Of a stretch of 56,272 bases of DNA, positions 17,356-26,216 are shown piece after piece. Below the pieces are notes generated by a model that worked only from the letters and a program-made list of their open reading frames with translations, ran no database searches and was not told the origin of the DNA. Within the stretch, counting starts at the first letter, position 1; every line of letters starts with the position of its first letter. Both the position numbers and the translations under genes were made by a program. Origin of the DNA: a virus (lineage: Duplodnaviria > Caudoviricetes). The DNA is taken from positions 1-56,272 of IMG/VR virus record IMGVR_UViG_3300031576_000051; one strand, given 5' to 3'.

Positions 17356-17759
17356 TGTTGGAGAAAACCATAGAGAAGAGGGCGTGCGTCGTCGTCCGCC
17401 AGCGTTGGGGGATCCGCTCGGTGAAGTTCACGCCGGCGGGAGAGAACGGCTACCCCGACAGGCTGTTCTGGATCCCCGGCGGGCGTCCTCTTCTCGTAGA
17501 GTTCAAGCGGCCGGGCGAGCCGCTCGAGCCGCTGCAGGTTCACCGCCACTTGATGCTGAGGGAGCTTGGCTATGACGTCTTCACGCATGAGACCGTCGAA
17601 GGGGCAGTCGCAGAGGTCGGCCGCGCCCTCCGACGCTCCGGACATCTTCACCGCGGCGCCGGCGATCCCGTGGAAGCCGCACGGCTATCAGAAGCGGGCG
17701 GTGAAGTTCCTGCTCGAGCACGCGGCCGCCGCTCTGCTCCAAGATCCCGGGCTCGGTAA
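17355..17759 (+). CDS. VRR-NUC domain nuclease
   Basis: EKTIE...GYPDRL...VEFKRPG...LQ. Confidence 0.85.
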   Translation: MLEKTIEKRACVVVRQRWGIRSVKFTPAGENGYPDRLFWIPGGRPLLVEFKRPGEPLEPLQVHRHLMLRELGYDVFTHETVEGAVAEVGRALRRSGHLHRGAGDPVEAARLSEAGGEVPARARGRRSAPRSRAR

Positions 17760-19146
17760 GACCTCCGAGACGCTGGCGGCGATCAAGGTCCTTCGCGATA
17801 AGGGCATGGTCGAGAAGGTCCTCCTCGTAGCGCCGAAGCGCGTGGCGCAGAGCACCTGGCCGCGCGAGCTGAAGAAGTGGGAGGACTTCTCGGACATCCA
17901 CGCGGTCGTGCTCCACGGAGATCACAAGGAGGAAGTGCTCTTAGGGCTTCCCGCCGACGTGTACATCATCAACCCCGACGGGCTGCCGTGGCTCCTCGGC
18001 GTCTCCAAGACGAAGACGCCCAGCGGCAAGACGCGGGTCAAGGTGGACCTCGCCAGGTGGCGCAAGCTCGGCTTCGACATGCTCGTGGTCGACGAGCTAT
18101 CGAAGTTCAAGGATTCGAGCACGCAGCGGTTCAAGATGATGCGGGAGATCGTGCCGACCTTCGGTCGACGATGGGGGCTGACGGGGAGCCCTGCTCCGAA
18201 CGGACTCATCGACCTGTTCGGTCAGATGTACGTGATCGACGAGGGGAGATCCTTGGGGCGCTACGTCACCGGCTACCGCATGCGCTACTTCACCCCGTCG
18301 TGGGACGGGCACTCGTGGGATCTTCAGCAGGGCGCGGAGAAGGAGATCTACAAGCGCATCAAGCCGATCGCGCTGACGATGGCCGCGGAGGACTACATCA
18401 AGATGCCTCGCCTCATCGAGAACGAGATCCGCGTCGAGCTGCCGCCCGAGGCGCGACGCGTTTACGATCAGCTCGAGGATCATCTCTTCGCGCAGATCCG
18501 CGACAAGGTGGTCGTCGCCTCGAACGCGGCGGTGTCCTCGATGAAGTGCCGACAGGTCGCCAACGGCGGCGTCTACGTCGACGACCATGTGGCCAAGCTG
18601 ATCAAGGTGAAGCGCGGGAGGACGCGGGAGCACGTGGACCTCCACGACCAGAAGGTCGAGGCCGTGGCGGACCTCGTGGACGAGCTGCAGGGAGAGCCGC
18701 TCCTCGTCGCCTACGACTTCGAGCACGACCTGTCGCGCCTCCGCGCCCGCTTAGGGCAGAAGGTCCCGCACATCGGCGGAGGGACGACGGCCAAGGAGGC
18801 GAACCGCCTCGAGTCGATGTGGAACGAGGGCAAGCTCCCCGTCCTCCTCGGCCACCCGCAGAGCCTCGCGCATGGGCTGAACCTGCAGGGGGCGGGAAGG
18901 CACGTCTGCTTCCACTCCCTCACGTGGAACTTCGAGCTGTACGACCAGTTCATCAGGCGGGTGTGGCGGCAGGGGCAGAAGGCGAGCCGCGTCTTCGTTC
19001 ACCTCATCGTCGCCGAGGACACGGTGGACGAAACCGTGATGAAGGCCCTGCGCGCGAAGGCCAAGGGACAGAAGGCTCTCTTCGACGCGCTGCGGGAACG
19101 CGCGAGCCTTCGCGGCGTCGCCGACTTCAAGAGGGGGATGGGATGA
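17566..19146 (+). CDS. SNF2-family helicase
   Basis: GLGKT, VVDELS, LTGSP, GLNLQ, Q...RVWRQGQ. Start uncertain because it overlaps VRR-NUC. Confidence 0.9.
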   Translation: MAMTSSRMRPSKGQSQRSAAPSDAPDIFTAAPAIPWKPHGYQKRAVKFLLEHAAAALLQDPGLGKTSETLAAIKVLRDKGMVEKVLLVAPKRVAQSTWPRELKKWEDFSDIHAVVLHGDHKEEVLLGLPADVYIINPDGLPWLLGVSKTKTPSGKTRVKVDLARWRKLGFDMLVVDELSKFKDSSTQRFKMMREIVPTFGRRWGLTGSPAPNGLIDLFGQMYVIDEGRSLGRYVTGYRMRYFTPSWDGHSWDLQQGAEKEIYKRIKPIALTMAAEDYIKMPRLIENEIRVELPPEARRVYDQLEDHLFAQIRDKVVVASNAAVSSMKCRQVANGGVYVDDHVAKLIKVKRGRTREHVDLHDQKVEAVADLVDELQGEPLLVAYDFEHDLSRLRARLGQKVPHIGGGTTAKEANRLESMWNEGKLPVLLGHPQSLAHGLNLQGAGRHVCFHSLTWNFELYDQFIRRVWRQGQKASRVFVHLIVAEDTVDETVMKALRAKAKGQKALFDALRERASLRGVADFKRGMG

Positions 19147-19553
19147 GGACGAAGACGATGGAAGCTCGCCGGGTGAGGAAGGGCGACCGCGTGCGGGATG
19201 ACTCCGGCCGGTTCGCGAAGGTGCTCGAGGTCCGCCCGCCCGGCCGAACGAAGAGCATGTCGTGGCCGCACCTGGGACTCCTCGTCGAGGACGGGCTCAA
19301 CGCCAGGCCGACGGGCGAACCCTTCAAGGCCCTCGCGGTGAAGGAGGGAGATCTCGTCGTGCTGACGCCGGGCAAACGCCTCTCCAATCTCGAGTACGAA
19401 ACGTTGCGAGCGTCGTTCGCCGCGCTGGTCGAGCGAGATCCGAAGCTGCGAGGAGTCCTCTTCCTCCTGGCTCCGACGGAGGGCTTGGAGCCTGAGATCC
19501 TCACCGTCGAACAGCGGCGCCGGCTCGCCGAGGAGCTAGCTCGCTCGTCGTAA
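19143..19553 (+). CDS. Hypothetical protein
   Basis: ATGA overlap with the helicase stop. Confidence 0.55.
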   Translation: MRTKTMEARRVRKGDRVRDDSGRFAKVLEVRPPGRTKSMSWPHLGLLVEDGLNARPTGEPFKALAVKEGDLVVLTPGKRLSNLEYETLRASFAALVERDPKLRGVLFLLAPTEGLEPEILTVEQRRRLAEELARSS

Positions 19554-19560
19554 TCGGGCG

Positions 19561-19589
19561 TTTACATCCGTCATCTCAATCGGTACATC
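19561..19589 (+). promoter_or_regulatory. Putative sigma70-like promoter TTTACA-17-TACATC
   Basis: Near-consensus -35, intergenic. Confidence 0.5.
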
Positions 19590-19632
19590 TAGGTCATCGG
19601 CATTCCCGCCGACCTAGCTGAGGGAAGACGAG

Positions 19633-20076
19633 ATGAACGAAGAGACGAAGAGAACGTTGAAGAGGAAGCTCTCGGAGCTGCGGGTGGACAACGCGGTTCG
19701 CCGGGCCTGGGAGCACGTGAACGAGGAGGTCGTGGATCTGACCGAGGCCGAGCGCACCACGTTCGGCCGCAGGCTCGCCGACGACGTGCTGCAAGAGATC
19801 GACGAGGCCAGGCCCACGCGGCTCGTCGTCGACTTCGCGCACGAGGGCCGCGGCTGCATTCGCTGCGGCGAAGGACACGAGCATTGGGCGCTTCAGCTCC
19901 TCCGCTTCGCCGCCAGGCACAAGGTTGCGGTCACGGTGCTGAACGAGGTCGGGCCCGGCGGAGGCTGGCCGGAGGTCGCCGTCTTCGGAACACGTGAGCA
20001 GCTGCAGGCCGTCGCGAACGAGCGAGCCGGCGACGACGCTCAGCTCGCCGAGGAGATCATGGAGGAGGTTCAATGA
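19633..20076 (+). CDS. Hypothetical protein
   Basis: Follows the promoter and leader; CxxC..H.H. Confidence 0.65.
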   Translation: MNEETKRTLKRKLSELRVDNAVRRAWEHVNEEVVDLTEAERTTFGRRLADDVLQEIDEARPTRLVVDFAHEGRGCIRCGEGHEHWALQLLRFAARHKVAVTVLNEVGPGGGWPEVAVFGTREQLQAVANERAGDDAQLAEEIMEEVQ

Positions 20077-20471
20077 GATTCTACAAGGGCAACGTTCCAC
20101 GGTTGGGGCCGCCGTCGGAACGCGGTGCCTTCGTCGGCCAGTTGACCGCAGAGAACGGTGAGCGCGCTTGGGTGAAGGGAGACACGCTCTTGAGCGTCAT
20201 CAGAGCCGCGAGGGTATTCATCTTCGACGGACGCATAGAGGGGGTTGAACTTCGTGGGTTAGTGAGGTTCAAGCTCTACGGTGGGCAAACGCGCTTAGCC
20301 GGCAAGGTGCGATGTTCATTTTCGTGCGACGGCCGCCAACTGACAGCCCTTGAACTTCGCCGAGCGAGCATCCAGGAGAAAGTCGGATTCGCAAAACGCA
20401 AAGCTGTAGACGCGAAGAGGATCGCCAAGCTCGATGAAGATCTGAAGAAGATCGTCGGGGGTGAACCATGA
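20073..20471 (+). CDS. Hypothetical protein
   Basis: ATGA overlaps; looks lower in GC. Confidence 0.55.
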   Translation: MRFYKGNVPRLGPPSERGAFVGQLTAENGERAWVKGDTLLSVIRAARVFIFDGRIEGVELRGLVRFKLYGGQTRLAGKVRCSFSCDGRQLTALELRRASIQEKVGFAKRKAVDAKRIAKLDEDLKKIVGGEP

Positions 20472-21091
20472 GCTACGAGAACGCCCCCGCGACGAGGATG
20501 CTCGCGACCCGCTGCGCGGTCTGCGGGCGTCAGCTCGTGGACTCGAGGTCGGTGGAGACGGGCGTGGGGCCCGACTGCAGGGCCAAGCACGGCTACGACG
20601 ACCCGTGCGGAGAGGAGGAGAGGCGCGAGGCGAATCGGCTCGTGTACAGGCTCGCGCTCTGGCGCTCGGCGGAGGACGGCGTGGAAGGGACGCCCGACGT
20701 CGAGGAGGCGGCGCAGGCCATCGGACGGGTCCGAGCGCTCGGCCTCTCGCGCCTCGCGGCCGTGCTCGAGGAGAGGCTCTGCGACGTTCAGCTCGAGGAG
20801 ACGGAGGAGGGAGGACGGCGCCACCTGGCGGTCGCGACTCCGTTCAGCGACGGTTTCCTCGCGGACCTCAAGAGGCTGAAGCGCGCCGACGGGTTCGAGC
20901 TTGAGAGGCGATGGGATGCCTCCTCCTCCCGCTGGCTCCTCCCGACGGACGACGAGGCGCGGCGTCTACTGTGGCGGGTTCTCAAAGTCCACTTCAAAGG
21001 GAGGCTAGGGAGAGGACCTCGAGGCCCCTTCGCCGTCAAGGACGATGCCAAGGCTCATGGTTTCAAAGGCCGTGCCGTCTCCGAAGCCTAG
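20468..21091 (+). CDS. DUF6011-like Zn-finger protein
   Basis: CAVCGRQLVDSRSVETGVGPDC motif. Confidence 0.7.
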   Translation: MSYENAPATRMLATRCAVCGRQLVDSRSVETGVGPDCRAKHGYDDPCGEEERREANRLVYRLALWRSAEDGVEGTPDVEEAAQAIGRVRALGLSRLAAVLEERLCDVQLEETEEGGRRHLAVATPFSDGFLADLKRLKRADGFELERRWDASSSRWLLPTDDEARRLLWRVLKVHFKGRLGRGPRGPFAVKDDAKAHGFKGRAVSEA

Positions 21092-21556
21092 GCAGGCCGA
21101 CCTCCCCCTAGCCCCTCCTCCCTGCTAACCCTCGGAACCCTCATGGGACCTCTGCCCTTCGGCCTGGAGAGAAGCGGGCCTCGACCCCATCTCGACCCCT
21201 GCCCCATGAGGAGATCGTGGCCTACGGATGAACCTTGGAGCTTTCGCTCATTCAGGGGTTTACATGTCCATGGGATCCATGAGCTTTTTCTCTCAGCTCA
21301 CCCATTGCAATGAGGGTTGACCTTTCGTAACCCAAGATCGAAAGGTGGAAGCTCAATCATCCCATGAGGATAGATGCACAAAAATAATTCTCAATCAGGG
21401 GTTACGCGCATGGTCATGACCATATACGGCCAAGCCCATGAGATGAATGAGGAATCAAATGAAAAACAATTCGGCGGGAAATCGCGGCGGAGTCCTCTCC
21501 GCCTATTTATGTGGGGAGTTGATGACGCGGTTAACCGAAGCGGAATAGGAGATACC
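21092..21556. promoter_or_regulatory. Non-coding control region with CCCATGAG repeats and palindromes
   Basis: CCCATGAG at 21203, 21361, 21435; inverted at 21140; variant at 21276; palindrome ATGGTCATGACCAT 21410-21423. Confidence 0.6.
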
Positions 21557-21838
21557 ATGGACGAGAAGCGGTTCAGCCTGGAAGACCTCGTGCGGTTCGC
21601 GAAGTTCCTCGCGTCGGCGGAGGAGGTCCCTGCGGAGGAGGACTTCGAAGCTCAAACGGGAGAGGAGCTGCAGGCCGGAGAGATCGGCGTCTTCTTCGAC
21701 GGGAACACGATGTGGGCGGTGAAGAAGGCGGACGGGACCTATCGGACGGTCATCGAGCGGTCGGAGCCGAGCGGCTCTCTGGAGTACGTCGCCGCCTGCT
21801 GCTTCGAGTGGGCGAAGGACGAGGGGCGGTTCGAGTAG
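21557..21838 (+). CDS. Hypothetical acidic protein
   Basis: AGGAG SD before ATG 21557. Confidence 0.65.
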   Translation: MDEKRFSLEDLVRFAKFLASAEEVPAEEDFEAQTGEELQAGEIGVFFDGNTMWAVKKADGTYRTVIERSEPSGSLEYVAACCFEWAKDEGRFE

Positions 21839-21908
21839 GAGGACTGACGGGCCTTACCCGTCCCACGCTAACCGAGGGAGTAGCGACCCTCAAAACGAAA
21901 GGCAGTCC

Positions 21909-22304
21909 ATGTCGAAGAAGAACGTGAAGAAGCTCGTCGCCTCGAAATCGTCGAAGCCGTCGCTCTCGGACCTCGTGAGCGGGAAGTCGGAGGCGGTCGC
22001 GAAGGCGGTCGCTGAGAGGCGGGCGACGAACGACAAGGCCCTCGCGAAGGCGGCGGCGCAGGAGAAGGTCGCGGCGAAGAAGGACGGGAAGGCGGCGAAG
22101 GAGACGACCCGCAAGCCCGGCAGCGGCGCGCTGATCCGCGAGATGCTGATGAAGGGGGAGACTCCCGAGCGAATCGTCGCCGCGGTCCTGAAGGCCTTCC
22201 CCGATCGGAACACGACGAAGGGCGATGTCGCCTGGAACAAGTGGGACATGAAGCGGAAGGGCGTGAAGGTCCCCGAGACGCGGAAGGTCGCCGCGAAGGC
22301 CTGA
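21909..22304 (+). CDS. Lys/Ala-rich protein with shared C-terminal PGSG-IRE helical domain (putative DNA-binding)
   Basis: Histone-H1-like N-terminus; C-terminus aligns with those of 25171-26073 and 26998-28362. Confidence 0.75.
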   Translation: MSKKNVKKLVASKSSKPSLSDLVSGKSEAVAKAVAERRATNDKALAKAAAQEKVAAKKDGKAAKETTRKPGSGALIREMLMKGETPERIVAAVLKAFPDRNTTKGDVAWNKWDMKRKGVKVPETRKVAAKA

Positions 22305-22397
22305 TCGGCTTCGGGTCGGAGGGGAGCGTCAGAGGCTCCCCGCCGCGCCCGACCCGCCCGAGCACTCCCGCTCGGAGGGACGCTGAGGAGGTTTCAA

Positions 22398-22532
22398 ATG
22401 GAGCTGCTGACCGTGGTGAACTCGCTGTTGGGCGAAGGGCTCTCCCTCTGGGAGGCGTGCGCGGAGACGGATCGCGCGCTCGGCCTCCCGCGGGGAACGA
22501 CCCGCCGCGTCGTCTCGGGGAGGGCGTCTTGA
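22398..22532 (+). CDS. Small hypothetical protein (44 aa)
   Basis: GAGGAGG SD; stop overlaps the next TTG start. Confidence 0.5.
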   Translation: MELLTVVNSLLGEGLSLWEACAETDRALGLPRGTTRRVVSGRAS

Positions 22533-22873
22533 GAGTCTCCATTCGGAAGCTGAATCGCGAGCTGCCGCAGGCCCTCCTCTCCTTCTCCGTCTTCGTGGAC
22601 GAGAGGCCGATGGGCTTCGGCGATCTCTGGGAGGAGCCGAACCTGTACGGAGGCCCGGAGAGGTACGTCGGAGGGAATGACCGCTGGATGGAAGCGGGCG
22701 CGGAGGAGGCGGTCTTCGCCCTGGCGGAGGAGGCGGTCTCCCTCGGAGAGAGGACCGACAGGGAGGTTCAGATCTGCGACTGCTGCGGGGCGGAGGACAA
22801 CGGCGACATCTGCGACGGCGTCTGCCCGAGCTGCGACGGGACCTCGGACGAAGAGGGAGGGGAGGAGTCATGA
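22529..22873 (+). CDS. Hypothetical protein with C-terminal double CxxC
   Basis: CDCCG...CPSCDG; coupled to next ORF. Confidence 0.55.
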   Translation: MRVSIRKLNRELPQALLSFSVFVDERPMGFGDLWEEPNLYGGPERYVGGNDRWMEAGAEEAVFALAEEAVSLGERTDREVQICDCCGAEDNGDICDGVCPSCDGTSDEEGGEES

Positions 22874-23586
22874 GCGCCTTCGATCCCGACGTGCTGGAGA
22901 AGATCAAGAAGCTCCTCGCGAGGTCCGCCTCCTCCGAGCCGCATGAGGCGGCGCTAGCGCTCGAGATGGCCCAACGGCTGATGAACGAGCACGGGCTGAC
23001 GACCGAACAGGTCGAGGTCGGGCGGATGAAGGAGGAGAGGCTTAGGTCCAAGGCCTCCGTCTCAAAGCCGAAGGACTGGGAGCTTGACCTGTTCAACGGA
23101 GTCGCCGACGCCTTCGGGCTCGGGCTCCTCTTCTCCCGAGGTCCGACGGACAGGGAGATCCACGAGCGCGGTCTCTCCATGTCCGAGAAGTACGCCCACT
23201 ATCTGTTCATCGGACCGGCCGCGGAGATTCAGCTCGCAGCGTATGCGTGCTCCGTCCTCTCCCGCCAGCTGGCCAAGGCGCGGCTGAAGCGACAGGAGAC
23301 GCTGCCTGACTGGTATTCCCGCCTGGAGAAGGTCGGCGCCCTCGACTCCTACTGTCGCGGGTGGGTGGAGTCGGCCCTGTCGAAGGTCCAGAGGCTCGTA
23401 TTCAGCGAGGCACGGAAGAAGGCCATCGCGCTGTACATCAAGGAGCGCTCGGCGGGCCCGACGAAGATGGCGATCCAGCGCTACGGCTCGGAGGCGGATC
23501 GCGCCGCGGGGCGGGAGGACGGAAGCTCTGCCGAGCTGAACCGACCCGTGGACGGGAGGGGAGGGCCGAAAGCTCTGAACGGGTGA
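22870..23586 (+). CDS. DUF2786 domain protein
   Basis: LEKIKKLLA.S....HEA..AL..AQRLM..HGL. Confidence 0.8.
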   Translation: MSAFDPDVLEKIKKLLARSASSEPHEAALALEMAQRLMNEHGLTTEQVEVGRMKEERLRSKASVSKPKDWELDLFNGVADAFGLGLLFSRGPTDREIHERGLSMSEKYAHYLFIGPAAEIQLAAYACSVLSRQLAKARLKRQETLPDWYSRLEKVGALDSYCRGWVESALSKVQRLVFSEARKKAIALYIKERSAGPTKMAIQRYGSEADRAAGREDGSSAELNRPVDGRGGPKALNG

Positions 23587-23654
23587 AGGCTTGACGGGCC
23601 CAACCCGTCCCAGCCCCGACGAGGAGATAGGCGCCTCAAATCGAAGGAGGAGCG

Positions 23655-23834
23655 ATGTCGAAGCCGAAGGAAGGTGGATTCAAATGGAGCATTCGGTTCC
23701 TGAAGAACGACCACGTGGTCGTTGACCTCGAGCTGAAGGAGACGCTCGGATACGAGGACGTTCAAAGGTTCATCGGTGAGCTGAGCGGCATCGCCAAGCG
23801 AATGCAGCAGATCGACGAGGCGACCCGTGGCTAG
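23655..23834 (+). CDS. Small hypothetical protein (59 aa)
   Basis: AAGGAGG SD; open frame read by hand. Confidence 0.55.
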   Translation: MSKPKEGGFKWSIRFLKNDHVVVDLELKETLGYEDVQRFIGELSGIAKRMQQIDEATRG

Positions 23835-24084
23835 CCTCACTCCGAAGGAGGCGGCGGAGGCCGCGGCCCTCGCCTGTCTCGAGTCCCTCCGTGCCGCCCT
23901 GAACGTGGAGACGGAACTGAGGGTGCGGTTGCGCGAAGCGCGACATGCGACGGAACGCAGTTCGCTTCCGACGCTGGACGATCGCGCCGCCATCAGGCTC
24001 GAGACGGAGGTGCGCGAGGCGGAGAAGCGGAGCAACGCCGCGTTCACGGCCTGGCGCAAGGCGCAGGAGGCGGTGCCCCACTAG
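23827..24084 (+). CDS. Hypothetical helical protein
   Basis: Overlapping start; typical codon usage. Confidence 0.55.
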   Translation: MASLTPKEAAEAAALACLESLRAALNVETELRVRLREARHATERSSLPTLDDRAAIRLETEVREAEKRSNAAFTAWRKAQEAVPH

Positions 24085-24163
24085 CGGAGGAGGGTCGGCG
24101 GGGAGCGCTCTCCTCGCCGAGCCCGCCGCGCTCGTGCGGCCTTTGAAAGCTTGGGACTTGAAC

Positions 24164-24355
24164 ATGAAGACGAGATTGATCCACGCGTTCTGCGACGAGG
24201 ACCTGTCGGCCTCGGACATGGTGAAGTTCGCGCGCGAGGCGAAGCGTCCTGGGAGGTTCACCTGCGTGCTCCCCTGCGAGGGCTTCGACGTGGCGATCTA
24301 TACGCGAAGTCCACGAAGGGGCTCGGGGCCGAAGGCTATCCGCCTCCCGACCTAA
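24164..24355 (+). CDS. Hypothetical protein
   Basis: ORF with typical codon usage; weak SD. Confidence 0.4.
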   Translation: MKTRLIHAFCDEDLSASDMVKFAREAKRPGRFTCVLPCEGFDVAIYTRSPRRGSGPKAIRLPT

Positions 24356-24431
24356 GCGAGCGGGGAGCCCGGCTGTTCGAGCGGATGGCCGCGGAGGCAG
24401 GAGTCACGGCCACGCGGTTGGGGAGGTCATC

Positions 24432-24611
24432 ATGAAGAAGCCCGAGCCGCCGAAGTTCAAGGAGCTTCTCGCCAGGTTCGAGCTAGAGGCTCGTTCGCAT
24501 CAGATGGAGGAGAAGGCAGACATGCGCTCGTGCCTCAAGCAAGACCTCGAGAGGACGCGCTCGCAGCTGCTCGAGATGTTCCATCGCGCCAGGTTCGGAG
24601 CCCGCCCATGA
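24432..24611 (+). CDS. Small hypothetical protein (59 aa)
   Basis: GGAGGT SD; ATGA overlap with the glycosylase. Confidence 0.55.
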   Translation: MKKPEPPKFKELLARFELEARSHQMEEKADMRSCLKQDLERTRSQLLEMFHRARFGARP

Positions 24612-25066
24612 AGACTCCTCTCAAGCGTTCTCCGTTCGACCTCATGCAAGAGCGGCTGCGGAGGCGTCCGTGGGCCCTGCTCGTCGGTTGCGTCCTCTAC
24701 AACCGAACGCGTGGGGAGCACGCATGGCCCGTCCTCTGGAGCTTCCTCGCCGACTGGAGAAGTCCTGAGAACGTGGTGGACGAATACCAGGCCGATCCGC
24801 AGGACGTGCTGGACCTGTTAGAGCTTCGGTTCGCCACGCTCGGATTCATGCGACGTCGGGCGAAGGCGGTCGTCGCCTTGAGCCACGCGTTCATCGGCTT
24901 CGACCTCGAGCGCGGGGACGTGGAGAGGCTCCCCGGCTGCGGGAGGTACGCGGCGGAGAGCTTCGAGATCTTCGTGCGCGGTCGGCTCGTGCCGAAGCCT
25001 CAGGACAAGGAGCTGAGGCGCTACGTTCAATGGGCCCGCGCTCAAGGAGGGAGGAGCCACACCTAG
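24608..25066 (+). CDS. MBD4-like HhH-GPD DNA glycosylase (T:G/U:G mismatch type)
   Basis: RSPFDLMQE..PW.LL....NRT.G..A.PVLW.FL; HhH LPGCGRYA.ES..IF; catalytic Asp in PQDKEL..Y..W. Collinear with the MBD4 catalytic domain as I recall it. Confidence 0.85.
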   Translation: MKTPLKRSPFDLMQERLRRRPWALLVGCVLYNRTRGEHAWPVLWSFLADWRSPENVVDEYQADPQDVLDLLELRFATLGFMRRRAKAVVALSHAFIGFDLERGDVERLPGCGRYAAESFEIFVRGRLVPKPQDKELRRYVQWARAQGGRSHT

Positions 25067-25170
25067 GCCGCGAAGAAAGATGCGATGGACGATGGACTGT
25101 TTGAATGGCGGTGAGCTAGACTGATGATCGATGTAGACGTTCCACCCGTCGTGCTGAGGAAGGCAAGGTC

Positions 25171-26073
25171 ATGAAGAAGAAAGCGTCGAAGGCGAAGCCC
25201 AACCCGAAGATGAAGCGGCAGCTCGTCGCCCAGCTGAGAGCCAAGCAGGCGAAGGAGAAGAAGGGGCCAGGCTTCGAGATGAACGAAGAGGAGCTGAAGC
25301 AGCAGGCCTCGAGGCCCCAACCAGAGGTTGCCTCCCTCCCGTGTCCTGACTGCGACGAGCCCCTCTCGCCGATGAACAGGAGCATCCTGCAGGACGGCAG
25401 GGTCATCCACATCGGCTGCAAGGCGCCGAAGAAGACGACGGAGCGGCCGCGCGCGGAGAAGGAGGCGGAGCCGATCCTCTCCGGCCTGCCGAAGCATAGG
25501 AACGTGAAGCCGCCGAAGCCGGCGCCTCCGTTCAAGTCGGAGTTCGGAGACATCATTCCGATGGGCGACTACGCCGGGAGGACCTGCCTGCAGCTGAGGC
25601 GGGACGCGGCGACGGTCACGTTCATCAACACCGGAGATCAGTTCGGCATGCACCTGAACTACGAACCGAAGGAGAGGTTCGACGCCAGGTTCAAGCCGCT
25701 GGAGAAGTACCCCGTGAAGAAGGCGGTCGAGCACTTCGTCAAGTGCGCGGTCGATTACGGGGCAACGCAGGACGTCCTGGATTGGCTGGGACGGGTGGTG
25801 ACTCTCAAGGAGGAGCAGATCATGGCTGCAAAGAAGAAGCTGGCTGGCGCGTCGAACGGCAACGGCAAGGGCGTGAAGAAGTCGTCGGGCCCGAAGAAGC
25901 CGGGGAGCGGCTCGCGCATTCGGGAGCTGATCCTGAAGGCGACGCCGACGGAGAAGATCCTCTCCATCATCCGCAAGGAGTTCCCCGGCTCGAAGGCGAA
26001 GGCCTCCGACGTGTCGTGGAACCGCGGCAAGCTGAAGAACGACGGGGTGAAGATCCCCGAGCCGAAGGGCTAG
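25171..26073 (+). CDS. Multidomain protein: Zn-finger + unknown domain + shared PGSG-IRE domain
   Basis: CPDC...H..C; probable internal in-frame start at 25822. Confidence 0.7.
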   Translation: MKKKASKAKPNPKMKRQLVAQLRAKQAKEKKGPGFEMNEEELKQQASRPQPEVASLPCPDCDEPLSPMNRSILQDGRVIHIGCKAPKKTTERPRAEKEAEPILSGLPKHRNVKPPKPAPPFKSEFGDIIPMGDYAGRTCLQLRRDAATVTFINTGDQFGMHLNYEPKERFDARFKPLEKYPVKKAVEHFVKCAVDYGATQDVLDWLGRVVTLKEEQIMAAKKKLAGASNGNGKGVKKSSGPKKPGSGSRIRELILKATPTEKILSIIRKEFPGSKAKASDVSWNRGKLKNDGVKIPEPKG

Positions 26074-26088
26074 GACCCGTGGCTCGCG

Positions 26089-26216
26089 ACTCCCGACCCC
26101 TCCGCCGAGGCGGGGGAGGTCGGGATGCGCACGAGGCCGATGACCTGAAGGGACGTTGCCTGCGGACCTCAGCCCGCTTGGCGACCAAGCCCCAAGGTTG
26201 TCGGCCTCGTGCGCAT
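26089..26216 (+). ncRNA. Structured intergenic RNA / inverted repeats
   Basis: Hairpin at 26090-26125 and a 22-bp stem 26125-26146/26195-26216. Confidence 0.45.

Noticed and set aside
21092-21556. Mini CRISPR array
   Set aside because: Repeats are only 8-9 bp, irregularly spaced and in both orientations.
21374-21556. N-terminal extension of ORF 21374-21838
   Set aside because: Runs through the AT-rich repeat region; the SD and codon usage support a start at 21557.
21841-21908. Hammerhead ribozyme (CTGA...CGAAA)
   Set aside because: The core reads CTGACGG rather than CTGANGA, and stems II/III cannot be formed in the required positions.
26125-26216. Retron msr-msd or DGR element
   Set aside because: No reverse transcriptase recognised, and no template/variable repeat pair noticed.
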